Assembly: GCF_964355755.1 (NCBI RefSeq) | Contig: NC_092678.1 | Coordinates: forward strand, 1,008,422 to 1,072,421 | DNA length: 64,000 bases | Direction: 5' to 3' | Source of the DNA: Antedon mediterranea | Taxonomy: Eukaryota; Animalia; Echinodermata | In this document: positions 1-13,800 of the stretch, in pieces | Layout: each line of letters begins with the position of its first letter | Numbering within the stretch: position 1 is the stretch's first letter | The notes under the pieces: model-generated | Told to the model about the DNA's origin: nothing | What the model saw: the letters and a program-made list of their open reading frames with translations, nothing else | The model's database searches: none | Translations under genes and position numbers: made by a program

Positions 1-898
1 ATGTCAGCAAAACTAATTACGTTGTTTTAGAACTAACCAAAAGAACTTTGACAAAAACCAGTTTAAAATAAAAATGAATAATGTGTTATTACATAGAAAA
101 GAAAATGTGACATTTCTAGGTGTAATTTTAAACGAAAATCTGGAAACATCACATACAGCTTATTAGGAAAAAAATGTCTAGGGCAATTGGTATACTTTTA
201 AAAGTAAGAGAATTCTTTCCTCATAAAGTCCGTATTAGTCTTTATAACACCTTAGTATTACCTCACCTTCAGTATGGTAACTTAATATGGGGAAATACAT
301 ACAAGAGCACGTTAGAAGTAATACTAAAACTCCAAAAGAGAGCTGTAAAATGCATTACCTTCTCTAAATCCAGACAAGCCTCAGAGCCACTGTTTAAGAA
401 ACTAAAAATATTAAACGTTTATGATATTTACAAAGTAAACGTCATAGGATTTATGGCAAACGTAAAATTCAATGAATTACCACATCACATTTTAAATATT
501 TTTAATTACTGTGACAGTATTAGGCCTACTCATAACCTCAGAACAGAAACTGAATTCGAAATTCCCTTCACAAGACTAACTTGCAGTCAACAGTTTATAC
601 ACATATATGGACCAAAATTGTGGAAAGAATTCACTTGTAATGGTGGTAATAAACCGGTTATCTTAAAGAAACAAAATAAATGTATAAAAAAACAGGTCAA
701 AAAATACTTGTTATCACTATATGCTGATTAACAACACCTTTGTTTATTTAAGTTCTATATACTTGTTCTTATGTAAAAGGGTCCTACAAAAAAACGAAGC
801 TACAGCTTTTTTATGCAGGATCCCTGTTTTCAGTTGTACTGTAATTATGATGTACTGTAATTGATGACTAAATAAATGTGGAATAAATGAAATGAAAT
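1..898 (+). mobile_element. 3' end of a non-LTR retrotransposon (CR1/L2-group LINE, ORF2 C-terminal region plus 3' tail), truncated at the window edge
   Basis: ORF 174-731 (SRAIGIL...LYNTLVLPHLQYGNLIWG...LQKRAVKCIT) is the typical post-RT C-terminal segment of CR1/L2-group LINEs. An upstream FLGV motif (~113-124) is in a different frame, implying a lesion. It ends in an AATAAA/(TGAAA)n-type tail at ~871-898. Confidence 0.75.
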
Positions 899-1865
899 TA
901 CAGATTAAGACAGGCTTGAGCAACAATAGCATTTGTATGCCTAATATGTAGTTTATTTTAAAACATTCAGCAATTTCTTTCAACAAATCTACAATATATA
1001 ATACATTCAATTATTTATTTTTCACAAACAAAAATTAAATATAAATTTTATTTAAATATTGTTTATTTTAGCAAAAGCTTTTAAATATATATGCAAAAAG
1101 AAAAATTATTTCATCAACAATAATATATACATATAATTACAGATTTATGAATAAAAAATAAACACAAAAATAGAATAGTACAGTATATACGTTGCCTTAT
1201 ATAAGGATCTACTTGGGGGCCGCCGCACCAAGGTACTGTTATTTCTAATAACTGTAGTTATAGGCCTTTTTGTACAGAATGATTTCATACGATACAGGGA
1301 TTTCATTGTTTGATCCTAAAGGTCATCATCTTAGTATAAACAGGCCTTTAACCAAAAAACATAAATAGGCAAAGTGTATGGATCAAACATTTAATCACAC
1401 CTACTGTTATAAAGTAATCATTTATTAAATTTATTCAGCAGTTCATTTTTTAATAGATTGTTGATGGCTAGGCCATGTAGAACAGCAGCGGTCTATAGAG
1501 CAGTTGCCCAAGGCTAGGCCTGACCTAGCCTTGGATGATGATTTAAGATAGATTTATTGAATAAAAGTTTAGTCTAGAACAGTAGGTTTGTTATACAACA
1601 ATGAAGGAATGTTCTGAATTTGTTGAACGGTGAAAATATTTGTTGAAAGATTCTCATCATTCAACATATAAACATTGTATAAAAAAACATAAGAATTAGT
1701 ATAGTATAGACCTATAAACATATACAATTTGTTGGACGGAATAATTGAATGGAATCACTGTAGTGGAAGAGAAACCACATACGTATCATTGCATAATATA
1801 GAATTCTATGTAAACAACACTTAAATGTAATATTATAAGGTAAATTATGATGGCCAATTTATCTA

Positions 1866-4800
1866 TCAGTCGTCGAGCTGACAGAGCATGGCAGTACCTC
1901 TCTTAACCCAGTGTCGACTGTCGATAGCAGTTGGTAAATCAAAGCCTAATACAAAGTTGGTAGATAAGCCTGTTGTTGACAGTGTACCACGCCTCTCACT
2001 TGTCTTGTACAGAGGACATCGGTAGTCTGTCTTCGCCTTGAAATTCTCTTGAATGCCTGAAAATTGAGGTTATAATATTAATGGACGATTCAAATTGCTG
2101 TTTAATAAATATACTTTAGTATGATATTAGTTTGATAGTGTGGATAGAGCTTTAGTGATACTGTATTTTGAACCAGATGAACTTATGTAATAGCTTTATA
2201 TGTATTGGTCGTGATTAATGGGCAATTACCGCAAATATACTTTAGTGTTTTTAATTTCAGCACATTATTCTATTGATAATAATAACAATAACATTACCTG
2301 GTTTAATAATAACAATAACATTACCTGGTTTAATAATAACAATAACATTACCTGGTTTAATAATAACAATAACATTACCTGGTTTAATAATAACAATAAC
2401 ATTACCTGGTTTAATAATAACAATAACATTACCTGGTTTAATAATAACAATAACATTACCTGGTTTAATAATAACAATAACATTACCTGGTTTAATAATA
2501 ACAATAACATTACCTGGTTTAATAATAACAATAACATTACCTGGTTTAATCCAAATAACAGGCATAGAATCAAAGAGAACCTTTGGTAATTGTTCTGCTA
2601 ATACACCCCTGAAAAGAGACAAGTTAATCATCATCACAACTCAAAAAAACTAATACAAATTACAACTATCTATGATGGCTTAATGTCGTACACCTAATAA
2701 TAATAATAATAATATTTATTTATTTAAGTTAAGAAAAGTATATTTTAGTTGCAGTAAGCGATAGGAATGAGCGGAAATAGAATAACAACTTAATCTATCA
2801 TCAATAAAATATACATAACAAATTAGTACAAAGTTTTTTCACAAAACTACAGTAATAAGAGAAACCTGTTCAATAAATTAGCTTTTAATGATACAAAATT
2901 ATAAATCTAAATCTATGATATGATGATGCTTTAATGTTCACCTGAGTTAAATAAACCACTGTAAATTAAAACAACTAAAACAGAACTGGAGAAATGTACG
3001 ACGTGTCTAAGGTAACTTAATGTGCATCTGTTCTAAGTTAAATAAATTAGTAAGTTAGAAAAATCCCTATCTAGTCCTAAACATTAGTTTGGTGTTGGTC
3101 TATCTAAGATTGGTGTTAATTTAGAGCAAAACTAAAAGATATACTTGCCGCCAAACTGGTGAAATTGGCTCAACTATTTATTGATATTGGTTGGTTAAAT
3201 GCAAAGCAACGAAATGTATTAAAAAGCGGTGATTAAAGCAGCTGCTGTTTAAGCACGAAAGAAAGTACATTCTATTTTGGATTTAAACATGCAATGACAG
3301 GCATGCAAGAGATCTAAACCCCGATGACATGCAATGACAGGCATGCAAGAGATCTTTAACCCCTCTAACATGCAATGACAGGCATGCAAGAGATCTTTAA
3401 CCCCTATGACATGCAATGACAGGCATGCAAGAGATCTTTAACCCCTATGACATGCAATGACAGGCATGCAAGAGATCTTTAACCCCTATGACATGCAATG
3501 ACAGGCATGCAAGAGATCTTTAACCCCTATGACATGCAATGACAGGCATGCAAGAGATCTTTAACCCCTATGACATGCAATGACAGGCATGCAAAAGATC
3601 TTTAACCCCTATGACATGCAATGACAGGCATGCAAGAGATCTTTAACCCCTATGACATGCAATGACAGGCATGCAAGAGATCTTTAACCCCTATGAATCT
3701 ACTGACTTACTTCTTTCTATCCCATCTAGCACCATCTAAGAAAAGACCGTTGATGTACACTCCATCTTCTGGCGATACATCACTTGTCTCCCGTGGCAAC
3801 ACCTGTAAACAATTAACCAATCAATCATTATTTAGTTTGAACAAAAGAGTACAGTCTTTAAGATGTCTGTAAATTTATTCCGTCTTAACACCTTTAAATG
3901 TAATCTTTTAAACGTTGTGCCGTAATTCACTGCTTATGGTACAGCTACGACCAATCTTGTGAGATTGTACATTTTATGTGCATTTGTGCGAATAAAAGTA
4001 CCAGAATATACAATGCAAGACTTGGTGTATACCTACTGTATATATATATTCAGACACATTCTTGTAAATTTAAAAGCTTACCTCAAACTCAAACGCTGTT
4101 TTATCAATTGGTATTGTGTACTTCCGTGCGTAATTCTGCCTCGTGCCCGTCAAAAACGCCTGTGTGAAGTAGAACCCTGACAACCAAAACACGCATGGTT
4201 TGCCCGAATCAAACCAATCCTGTAAAAACTTGAGTCTGGCTAGGAAGTCATTCACGTAACTTCCAAGAGGTTTCAAGCTTGGGTATGAATTCTTGGCCCA
4301 CATTTCCGGTACCTAAGTTTAAGTTTAATGAATAAAGGAATTTCAATGTAAAACTTTAACGTAATAGGCACAGCTAGGCAAAACAAATATTGTATTTTTC
4401 AATATAAAGACTGAATAATAAAGTCAATAGACAATGAGTGTTACCTTGCCAATAAGCAGATTGCTAGCCACTGCCTCCAAGTCAGCTGACATCACAACTA
4501 AACCCTTTATTGCTTTCTGTAGGTTCTGAAGGCTCACACGAATTACTGACATCAACCTACAAAGAAGAAAAGAAAAAGTTTATTAAAGGAATCTACCTAT
4601 GTTGTAAGTAAAAGGACACGTATGCGCTAAACCCAGGATCCCGGAGCTTACAGTGGCCCCCAAGCAGAGCCCAAAGGAAACAACAGGCATTAAAATATGT
4701 TGAAACGGCTAAAAATTAAGGTTATGCCACTGTATGTGTACACTCTTGGATATCAGGGGTAAAGATGACAAGGGTAAAGATGACAAGGGTAAAGATGACA

Positions 4801-7800
4801 AGGGTAAAGATGACAGGGGTAAAGATGACAGGGGTAAAGATGACAAGGGTAAAGATGACAAGGGTAAAGATGACAGGGGTAAAGATGACAAGTATAAAGG
4901 TGACAAGTAGTCTTACTTGTTGAATCTCTCCATCTCTTGCACCAGTACAGTGTTCATACTTTCTTCATACACCACTGGGTACTTCTTCTGAGCTACTTCT
5001 AAGTCAAAGTTTGCTGGAAGCTGAAACAAAAATGATAGATGTTGATAGAGTTTGTCAAATATCATGTCACAGGCAAGAACATATTAATATTATACTAATT
5101 TGATTGTATTCACAATAGATAATTAGTAAATTGTTTGTTTTCCTTTTTAGACTAATTGTAATTGGTGAATACCAGTCACCGGTATCTAAGTTTAAACTTA
5201 AGTAGATGTAAGTACCTAAGTTTAAACTTAAGTAGATGTAAGTACCTAAGTTTAAACTTAAGTAGATGTAAGTACCTAAGTTTAAACTTAAGTAGATGTA
5301 AGTACCTAAGTTTAAACTTAAGAAAGATGTAAGTACCTAAGTTTAAACTTAAGTAGATGTAAGTACCTAAGTTTAAACTTAAGTAGATGTAAGTACCTAA
5401 GTTTAAACTTAAGTAGATGTAAGTACCTAAGTTTAAACTTAAGTAGATGTAAGTACCTAAGTTTAAACTTAAGTAGATGTAAGTACCTAAGTTTAAACTT
5501 AAGAAAGATGTAAGTACCTAAGTTTAAACTTAAGTAGATGTAAGTACCTAAGTTTAAACTTAAGTAGATGTAAGTACCTAAGTTTAAACTTAAGTAGATG
5601 TAAGTACCTAAGTTTAAACTTAAGAAAGATGTAAGTACCTAAGTTTAAACTTAAGTAGATGTAAGTACCTAAGTTTAAACTTAAGTAGATGTAAGTACCT
5701 AAGTTTAAACTTAAGTAGATGTAAGTACCTAAGTTTAAACTTAAGAAAGATGTAAGTACCTAAGTTTAAACTTAAGTAGATGTAAGTACCTAAGTTTAAA
5801 CTTAAGTAGATGTAAGTACCTAAGTTTAAACTTAAGTAGATGTAAGTACCTAAGTTTAAACTTAAGAAAGATGTAAGTACCTAAGTTTAAACTTAAGTAG
5901 ATGTAAGTACCTAAGTTTAAACTTAAGAAAGATGTAAGTACCTAAGTTTAAACTTAAGTAGATGTAAGTACCTAAGTTTAAACTTAAGTAGATGTAAGTA
6001 CCTAAGTTTAAACTTAAGAAAGATGTAAGTACCTAAGTTTAAACTTAAGTAGATTTAAGTACGCTGTTGTACCTTTGATAGGATGTCTTTAGCAATTTCA
6101 AAAAGCACATCATCAGTTGTCTTACTGCCTCCTCCTCCACCAGCTCCACCTTGAGTCAGCAACAAAGAATCAAAGAGCATTCTGGTTTCTTGCAGAGACT
6201 TGGAAATGTCAACATTGTCATGCATACCAAACACCTCAGGCTTTTGTGACAGAGGCAAAGACTAACAAGACAAATTAAACCATGTTTATAAACTTAAAGA
6301 AATATTAAGATAGCCATAAAATGGAAAACACTGACATCAATAATAGATCCAATATAAAAACTGTACGGTATAACAAAAGACACAAACAAAAATAACTAAA
6401 AGATGCAAGCAACAATAAATAATTTATTATCTTCTTCTTACCTTAATAAACTCCATATATTCTTCATGTGATCCTTTTGGAGGGGCATAATACAACCCGC
6501 TGGGTGAGAACTTATACTTGGCATCGTCCACTATTTCAGGGGTGTAGAAATCAGAGAGGATAGTGAGTAAGCAACGACGATCCCAGTCATCCGTGACACG
6601 CCCTCCGTAGTTGCACTCTCCAGTTAAGTACGCAATTGCATCAAAAGGTACTTCTTTATACTCATTTACAAACATCTAAACCAGATCAAAAATATTTTCT
6701 TTGTAAATACAGAATAAAAAAAAAATATTATCTCTATAAATTCACTTCTACTGCTAAAGCTCTGTATACACTATCAAACTAGTTTGACAAAAAAAGTGTG
6801 ATATGCTCAAATATGGCAGTGATATGACATTATCATGTCTATATTTGGGCACATCATATTTTTGTTGTCACATAAAATTTGATAGTGTAGACAGAACTTT
6901 AGAATTCATCTTGTTAGATGATTGCAGACAGAGCCAAGCAAAAGAAACAAGTAAACAGAGACAAATGAACAGATGCCAAGCTCTCTCACCTGCACTTGTC
7001 GAACACTAATACGCAAATCCGACTCATTAAAACCATAAGGTATATTCCATCCCAGTGGTCCAAACTTTCTTCTTTCCTGAACCAAGGCATGGAAGAAACA
7101 CAAGCCAAACAAGAGCTTCTCAAATACCAATTCTTTACCAGGACAACCTGAAAAGAATTCATGGTCACTGATTGGATCGTTGAGGTAAGACTGCATCATG
7201 TTCATTCGCAGGCCAGTCGGTGGTTCATTGGTCATTTTCACGCCGTTTTGCAGCACGGTCACTGGAAACTGAGAAAAAGAAAACAAGCTTTTTGATTAAA
7301 ACACAAATAATACATAATTAATAGCCATCAATAATATTTAGTCAATAAATGCACCAATTATGTTCAAATAAAATAGAATACTCCTCTCATTATTTAATAA
7401 GGTTTATCGCAAATAGCTAGCAAAGAACGTCATTGTACAATGCATGATGGGAAGGGTAATCAAGTAATAGCGCCACCGTTATAATAACAACGTTATATAC
7501 TGGTGTGGCGATATTGGTCCCAATTTCTTCCCATCATGCATCGCTCACGCTATTTGCGATAAACCTGTTTCAAAGCAAGAACAATGACAGACTCATTTAT
7601 TTTACCTTGTTTGATGGATAACTGGTAAGCCATAATCTAAAGTCAGGATGTACATTATCAGGACTAAACTCTTCACAGAGTTTCTCCATCGCTGGCATCC
7701 ATGAGACGGCAAGATGACAGTTCTGCAACACTACCCATGTTCCATCTTTGACGGCTGCTTCTATTAGCTTCGCTGCCACCGGTCCCTAGGCAGTAGAAAT

Positions 7801-10800
7801 AACAACATCGTTTGTTATACGCTAGATATATACATAAAAAAAACATCATAGATACTATGATAGTACAACTCATAGAGGGTGAACTAGACATATCTGATTG
7901 GTTGATGTGATCCAGCTATATTCTGTGATTTTTCGCCAGCTAAGATTACATTGGAGTTGCGTAATCTCTTTGATATACACACCCCACTACCAAAACTATA
8001 CTCTCTTTCAACTGTTTCAAAAACCAACTCTCTTTCAACTGTACCAAAACCAAACTCTCTTGTAACGCTACCAAATCCAAACTCTCTTGCAACTCTACCA
8101 AATCCTAACTCTCTTGCAACTCTAGCAAATCCGAACTCTCTTGAAACTCTTTCAAAACTAATTTTCAAAACTAACCTGTCCTTGTCCAAGTGATATAGCA
8201 TTGAACTTATCCCCGCTGTAGCCTTTGTCACCAGCAAACTTCAACAGCGCTGCCATGGGATCTGCTCCTGGAGACAGGACAAAGATCAGTGGAGCACTAG
8301 CTTGGGAGTCCATGTAGCTCTTTGCCAAGTCAAATGGTGGCGGCTGTACAAACTTCTGGCCGAGCTTAGCTATCACGAAGTCTGTCACCATTGGCGCTAC
8401 CTGACAACACAAAAATAAAAGGTCAAATATTACCTTATTTGGTAAGTATTTGATTAAAAGTCTGAAATGTGTTTGCAATCCATTGCTAGTGATATTTAAT
8501 TAATTAAATCATAACTGTTTACCTTATCTGGTCGTAAACAACGTAAAATAATACACTTCTGAAAGTCTGTAAGAGATTCAGCAAAAGGTCCTGGAATAGT
8601 TTCTCTGTGCGGTTCTTTACTGTCATACAACTTACGCCAGTCTTCTATGTTATCTTGAAAATGATCTCTGAAATAAAATACATAAATTACAAAGATTATT
8701 ACCGACACTTATATCAACAATGCTTTCCACAAAGTGAGTTTAATTTTTTTATTTCCATTGTCTGTGATTGTCTTCATTCATCTTCATTGTTGTAAGTTTC
8801 ACAACAAACATATTGATTGTTAGGTAATTGGGAGGCCTAGGCCTACTTTAAGTATTGGTGTATGTGCGATAGTGGCTGTGTGTGAACTAGTACACCGGGG
8901 TAACCCCCTACTTGTCTCAAAAGATGCACTTAGGTTCTTTAAAGTGCACACAGCATTGTGTGTACACTGGACCTACGAATTATAGTCTTTTTCTGAGAAG
9001 ACTGTTCTACCACCAGAACCATGGAAAGAGTGAGGCTAGTACCCTTGTCGATATTATGGCTACATGGTTCCACTGTCTTAACCGCTTGCTCACTCACTCA
9101 CTCATACATGTGAAGAAAGTAGTAAAAGCAAGAAGTGAAACCTTAGTCCTTTGTAGCCTGGTAGGTCACACATACGACACAGCTCATCCCAACTCTTGTC
9201 TGCCAACCACGATGAGTCTGGGTTCTCAAGTTTGTTCTCAAGTCCAACACCACCAGTCAGAAAGAACATAAATTCTTCTAGACACATTTCCTTCTTATCT
9301 CTACAATTTAAAACAATAATCAACAATAATAAAACAATATAGTTTATATACTAAAGTTAAAAAATGCCCATAAAAAAGTTTAAATAAAAAAGATTTGTGT
9401 CAGAGAGAAAAGTTAATAATTTTGTCAGATAGGACAAATATATAAAAGAATATAGTTTATATTGAACATTTTTTAATATATAAATGTACATATCATTATC
9501 AAACTATTACATAGTAAAATATCCATAAAACAGATTCAATAACATAACAGTAGGAATAAGTATTAATATGTGTAACATAATAAATAGATTATATAGATTA
9601 TTAGATAAAGTAGGAAATTAATATATTAGTAGTGATAAAACATTCAATTAAAATGTGTGTAAAAATAGTTAGTCTCTTTTTATTGTAAGTGTAATAAGTC
9701 TAATATAATCATTAAGTATTACGATTGTTTTCCTATGAACCATATACTACATTTAAAAAAAATTTAATACAAAATATTGCTGTAAAACAACAGAAAATAT
9801 TATAGAAAATTGGTGCATTAGATTGGGACTTCACTATAGCTTTTGGTGCATTAGATTGGGACTTCACTATAGCTTTTGGTGCATTAGATTGGGACTTCAC
9901 TATAGCTTTTGGTGCATTAGATTGAGACTTCACTATAGCTTTTGGTGCATTAGATTGGGACTTCACTATAGCTTTTGGTGCATTAGATTGGGACTTCACT
10001 ATAGCTTTTGGTGCATTAGATTGGGACTTCACTATAGCTTTTCCATTGAGTTGAGTATTTTCGTTAACATTGAGTTAGTACTCAACAAAAAGCTGGTTAA
10101 TATTATTTGAATAAAAAATGTACTTAACATATTATATATCTGTTGAGCACAAAGGTTTCCAAATGGAATATGTCAATTAATTTAAGTACAACCACCAAAA
10201 CCACAATTAAGAAAATAAGATTGCAAACAAGTACATTCACACCCCAATATATTACAAATACTTACAAACTTTCTGCTGGTTCAGAACTTGAAAATAAAAG
10301 AAACATGCAATATTGCACTATTAAACAACATGCACTATCGCACTAGGCTAAATCTACTAATGATGGAAAATGCAATTGCACTATTAAACATGCACTATCA
10401 CACTAGGCTAAATCTACTAATGATGGAAAATGCAACAGTGGTGGCGCCAGCGGGGGGGGGGGGGGGGGGGGGGGGGGGGCTACGGGGGCTCTAGCCCCCT
10501 CGCCGGGGAGCCTAGCCCCCCCGTCGGGGAACACGGGTACTTTTTGTCGGGGAATATAATCAAAGATAATAAAAGGACCTATTTATATTCTTTGATATAA
10601 TATACAGTAAAAAGCGTTCGCGTTTACTTCGTAGCTAGCTTCAGCGCCTAGAAAACCGCGACGTTTCATTGACCGTGAGTACGTCAGAGTGATATTATGC
10701 ACTTTATATGCATTCATTATTGCCAGCGATCTAACTTACTACTAAACAATAGCTAGGTTCGCACTTGTCTGGCGGTATCCCTTTGTACGAATCGTTCAAC

Positions 10801-13800
10801 GTTGGGTCGAGACGCGTGATATCATGTTCCATCCAGGGACCAAAATATGTACTGTAGTTATTTTCCAGGCGAAGTTTACTGACGGTTACATCGTGTACTG
10901 CGTCGACGTACGCTACACTACAGCAAAAACGAATTATGTTAATTGTTTGTATGTTCACCAATTTTTTAATTTACAAGTAACCTTCTGTACCGTGGGGCAC
11001 CTAAAATAAATTTTTCATCCATTACTAAACAAAAAAACATGCCATTTTCGCTTAGCCAACATCTTATTATAGCTAAGTTTTTACATTTTCAATGTCCTGT
11101 AATGTCATGAATTTCTCACCACTCGGAAGTCCAGATGGTACGCACGCATACACTTGGGAGGAATAAACTTATTTCCCCGACTGAAAAAGGTCTACGCTTG
11201 CGTTTTTTAAGCCTCTAGGCCTGATGTTTCCGAAGTATAAAATGCAATTTTTTGAAGACCTGCAGCTCTAGTTTTAAACAGTTTCTTAGCTCAGCCCCAA
11301 CAATAAAGCTGGTCATATTTCGAAGTACAAGAAGTGCCTTTTCCGGGACCTAACATCTCTATTTTTCAAACATTTCTTAGCTCAGTCACAACCTTGATAG
11401 GGACTTATATATTTTGTTTCATGTTTTGAAGTATAATAAGTCCAATTTCCGGGACCTCCAACTCTATTTTTCTAAATTTTCTTTGAACTTTTATTTTTTA
11501 AATTGAAAAATATGGATTGAAACAGTCATCGCGCATCGTTTTTTTGCACGCAGTATTTTATTTATGCATTATAAAAAAATGGAAAAAATGGCTACCCTAA
11601 ATCTGATTAAAATGACCTCAAATGACGCTAGAACGCGTTGCTTCCGGGGGCTTCGCCCCCTGGACCCCCACCGGGGGCCCTTGGCGGCCCCCTGGCCCCC
11701 AGCCTAGTAATGCTCGCTTCGCTCGCATAGCCCCCTCGTCGGGGAATGTAGCCCCCGCGTCGGGAAGATCCTGGCGCCACCCCTGAAATGCAATTGCACT
11801 ATTAAACAACATGCACTATCACACTAGGCTAAATCTACTAATGATGGAAAATGCAATTGCACTATTAAACAACATGCACTATCGTACTAGGCTAAATCTA
11901 CTAATGATGGAAAATGCAATTGCACTATTAAACAACATGCACTATCGCACTATTACATGAAATCATGCACTAGGATACTATTCTAAATCTAATAAGGATG
12001 GCAAAATGAAAACTTAAACATGCACTAGGCAACCTTACTCAAAGCAACTAGAATGGCAATGGCACCATGATAAACACTCTATGCTATTTATAGCACAAAC
12101 TAAATTACTATTTCAAATGATTGTACAGTACAAACTAATAGAATAGACAGACATCAAGCACAACTTAAAAACGTTAAAATTATATCTATAAAATGAATAT
12201 TTTTATGATGGCAAAATATAGAATTGTAACAAAAAACAAAATGTATTGCTGTATAGTTAAAAGCTCACTTACATTAATATATTTGCACAGAGTAGGAATG
12301 AGAAGAGTAACTTGTCCTTTTCAAACAATGACCGACAAACATTCACGTAGAGATTGTACGTGAAATGATCCGATAAATATCGCAGGCGCTTCTCAAGTAT
12401 CTTGGACTTGTTGCTGTAAAGAAAATATAAACATAAAATAAATTTAACATTAAAATTAAAACAAATATATATTTTTTGCAATTGTTTGTAACTAGTACTG
12501 TGCGCCAGGGTGTTGAGTAATTGGTCAAATATTTTGCGCTACACTAACGTAATTTGTACTTTATACTAAGTACATTGAGAATTGAACGCCAGGCTAGTGA
12601 TCTGGTTCAAGTTCCAGCCGAGAATTACTTGCACTAGTTTTCTTAATGTACTTAGCATAAAGTACAAATTATTTCAGAGTAGGGCAAAACAATAAAATTT
12701 AAATACAGAATATATATTTTGATGATTAAAATAGTGTATGGAAAGCAAAACAAGTTAGAAAGAATTATTCTAGGAACACACTGTACCTGTCATGAATAGA
12801 GTTGATGTAAAGATTGACAAACCACGTACCTGTCATGAATAGAGTTGATGTAAAGATTGACAAACCACGTCAGAGAATACTGATACATAGGATCAATGTT
12901 TGGCAAATCAGCAATCGAGAAAAACAGAATGCTCGAGTGCTTCGCTATTGGTCGATATCCAGCACGTGATTCATTCAGTTTCTTCTCCGTTTCTTCTGCT
13001 ATCTTCTGCTTTTTTGAAATTTCATCAGATAGGATTTTGGAGGAATCTAGAATCTTGATTGCACTTTCGTCCTCCAGGATGTTCCCCTCGGAAGATGAAA
13101 GTGTTTCTAGGATTTTGTCTTCAATTTCTTTCAATTGTCTTTTGTTACTAGCACTCTGTACAATCAATGCTTGACGTTCCTCCTCAAGTTCAGGTCTGAA
13201 AGAAATATATTTCCAAATATGGTAGTGATATGCTTAAATAGGGTAGTGATATGCCCAAATATGGTAGTTATATGACAGGTCACATAAATAACTTGATTCC
13301 CACTTGGACGCATCACATCACCAACTCATGAACAACGCAAGTGAATATTAGTTACAGGTTAACAACTATTTCTAAAGCTCAGTCTGCACTATCAAACTTT
13401 ATGTGACAAAATATTTGAGCACAACACAGTTTGATAGTATAGAGAGAGCTTAAGTTTGTTGTTTTTCTTATTTAGTTCATCAATACTCACCTCTCCTTAG
13501 CCACAACGATACCCAGCAGTTGATCTTCCAAACCATCTTGTGTTATCATGAAATTGAGTAACGAAACTTTGGTCGCTAACTCCGGAAGGTAATGTGGATT
13601 ACGCAATTTAGTTGTGATATAGAATCGGAAATCGCGGGAGTATTCAATGACACTTTCACCTAGTCTTAAACAGTCAACACCGCCTGAAAGAAATAAAAAT
13701 AAATTTTTTTGTAAAAGTAAAATTTAATCAAGTGTTATGTCTTTGATAATTGTTTGAACTTAAATGACCTTGTTGACCTTAACTGACCTTGTTTGAATGT

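Noticed and set aside
1950-1985. [10 protein letters not shown] instead of the usual STTGHSTNFV in the dynein C-terminus
   Set aside because: It is a single substitution that cannot be interpreted without an alignment.
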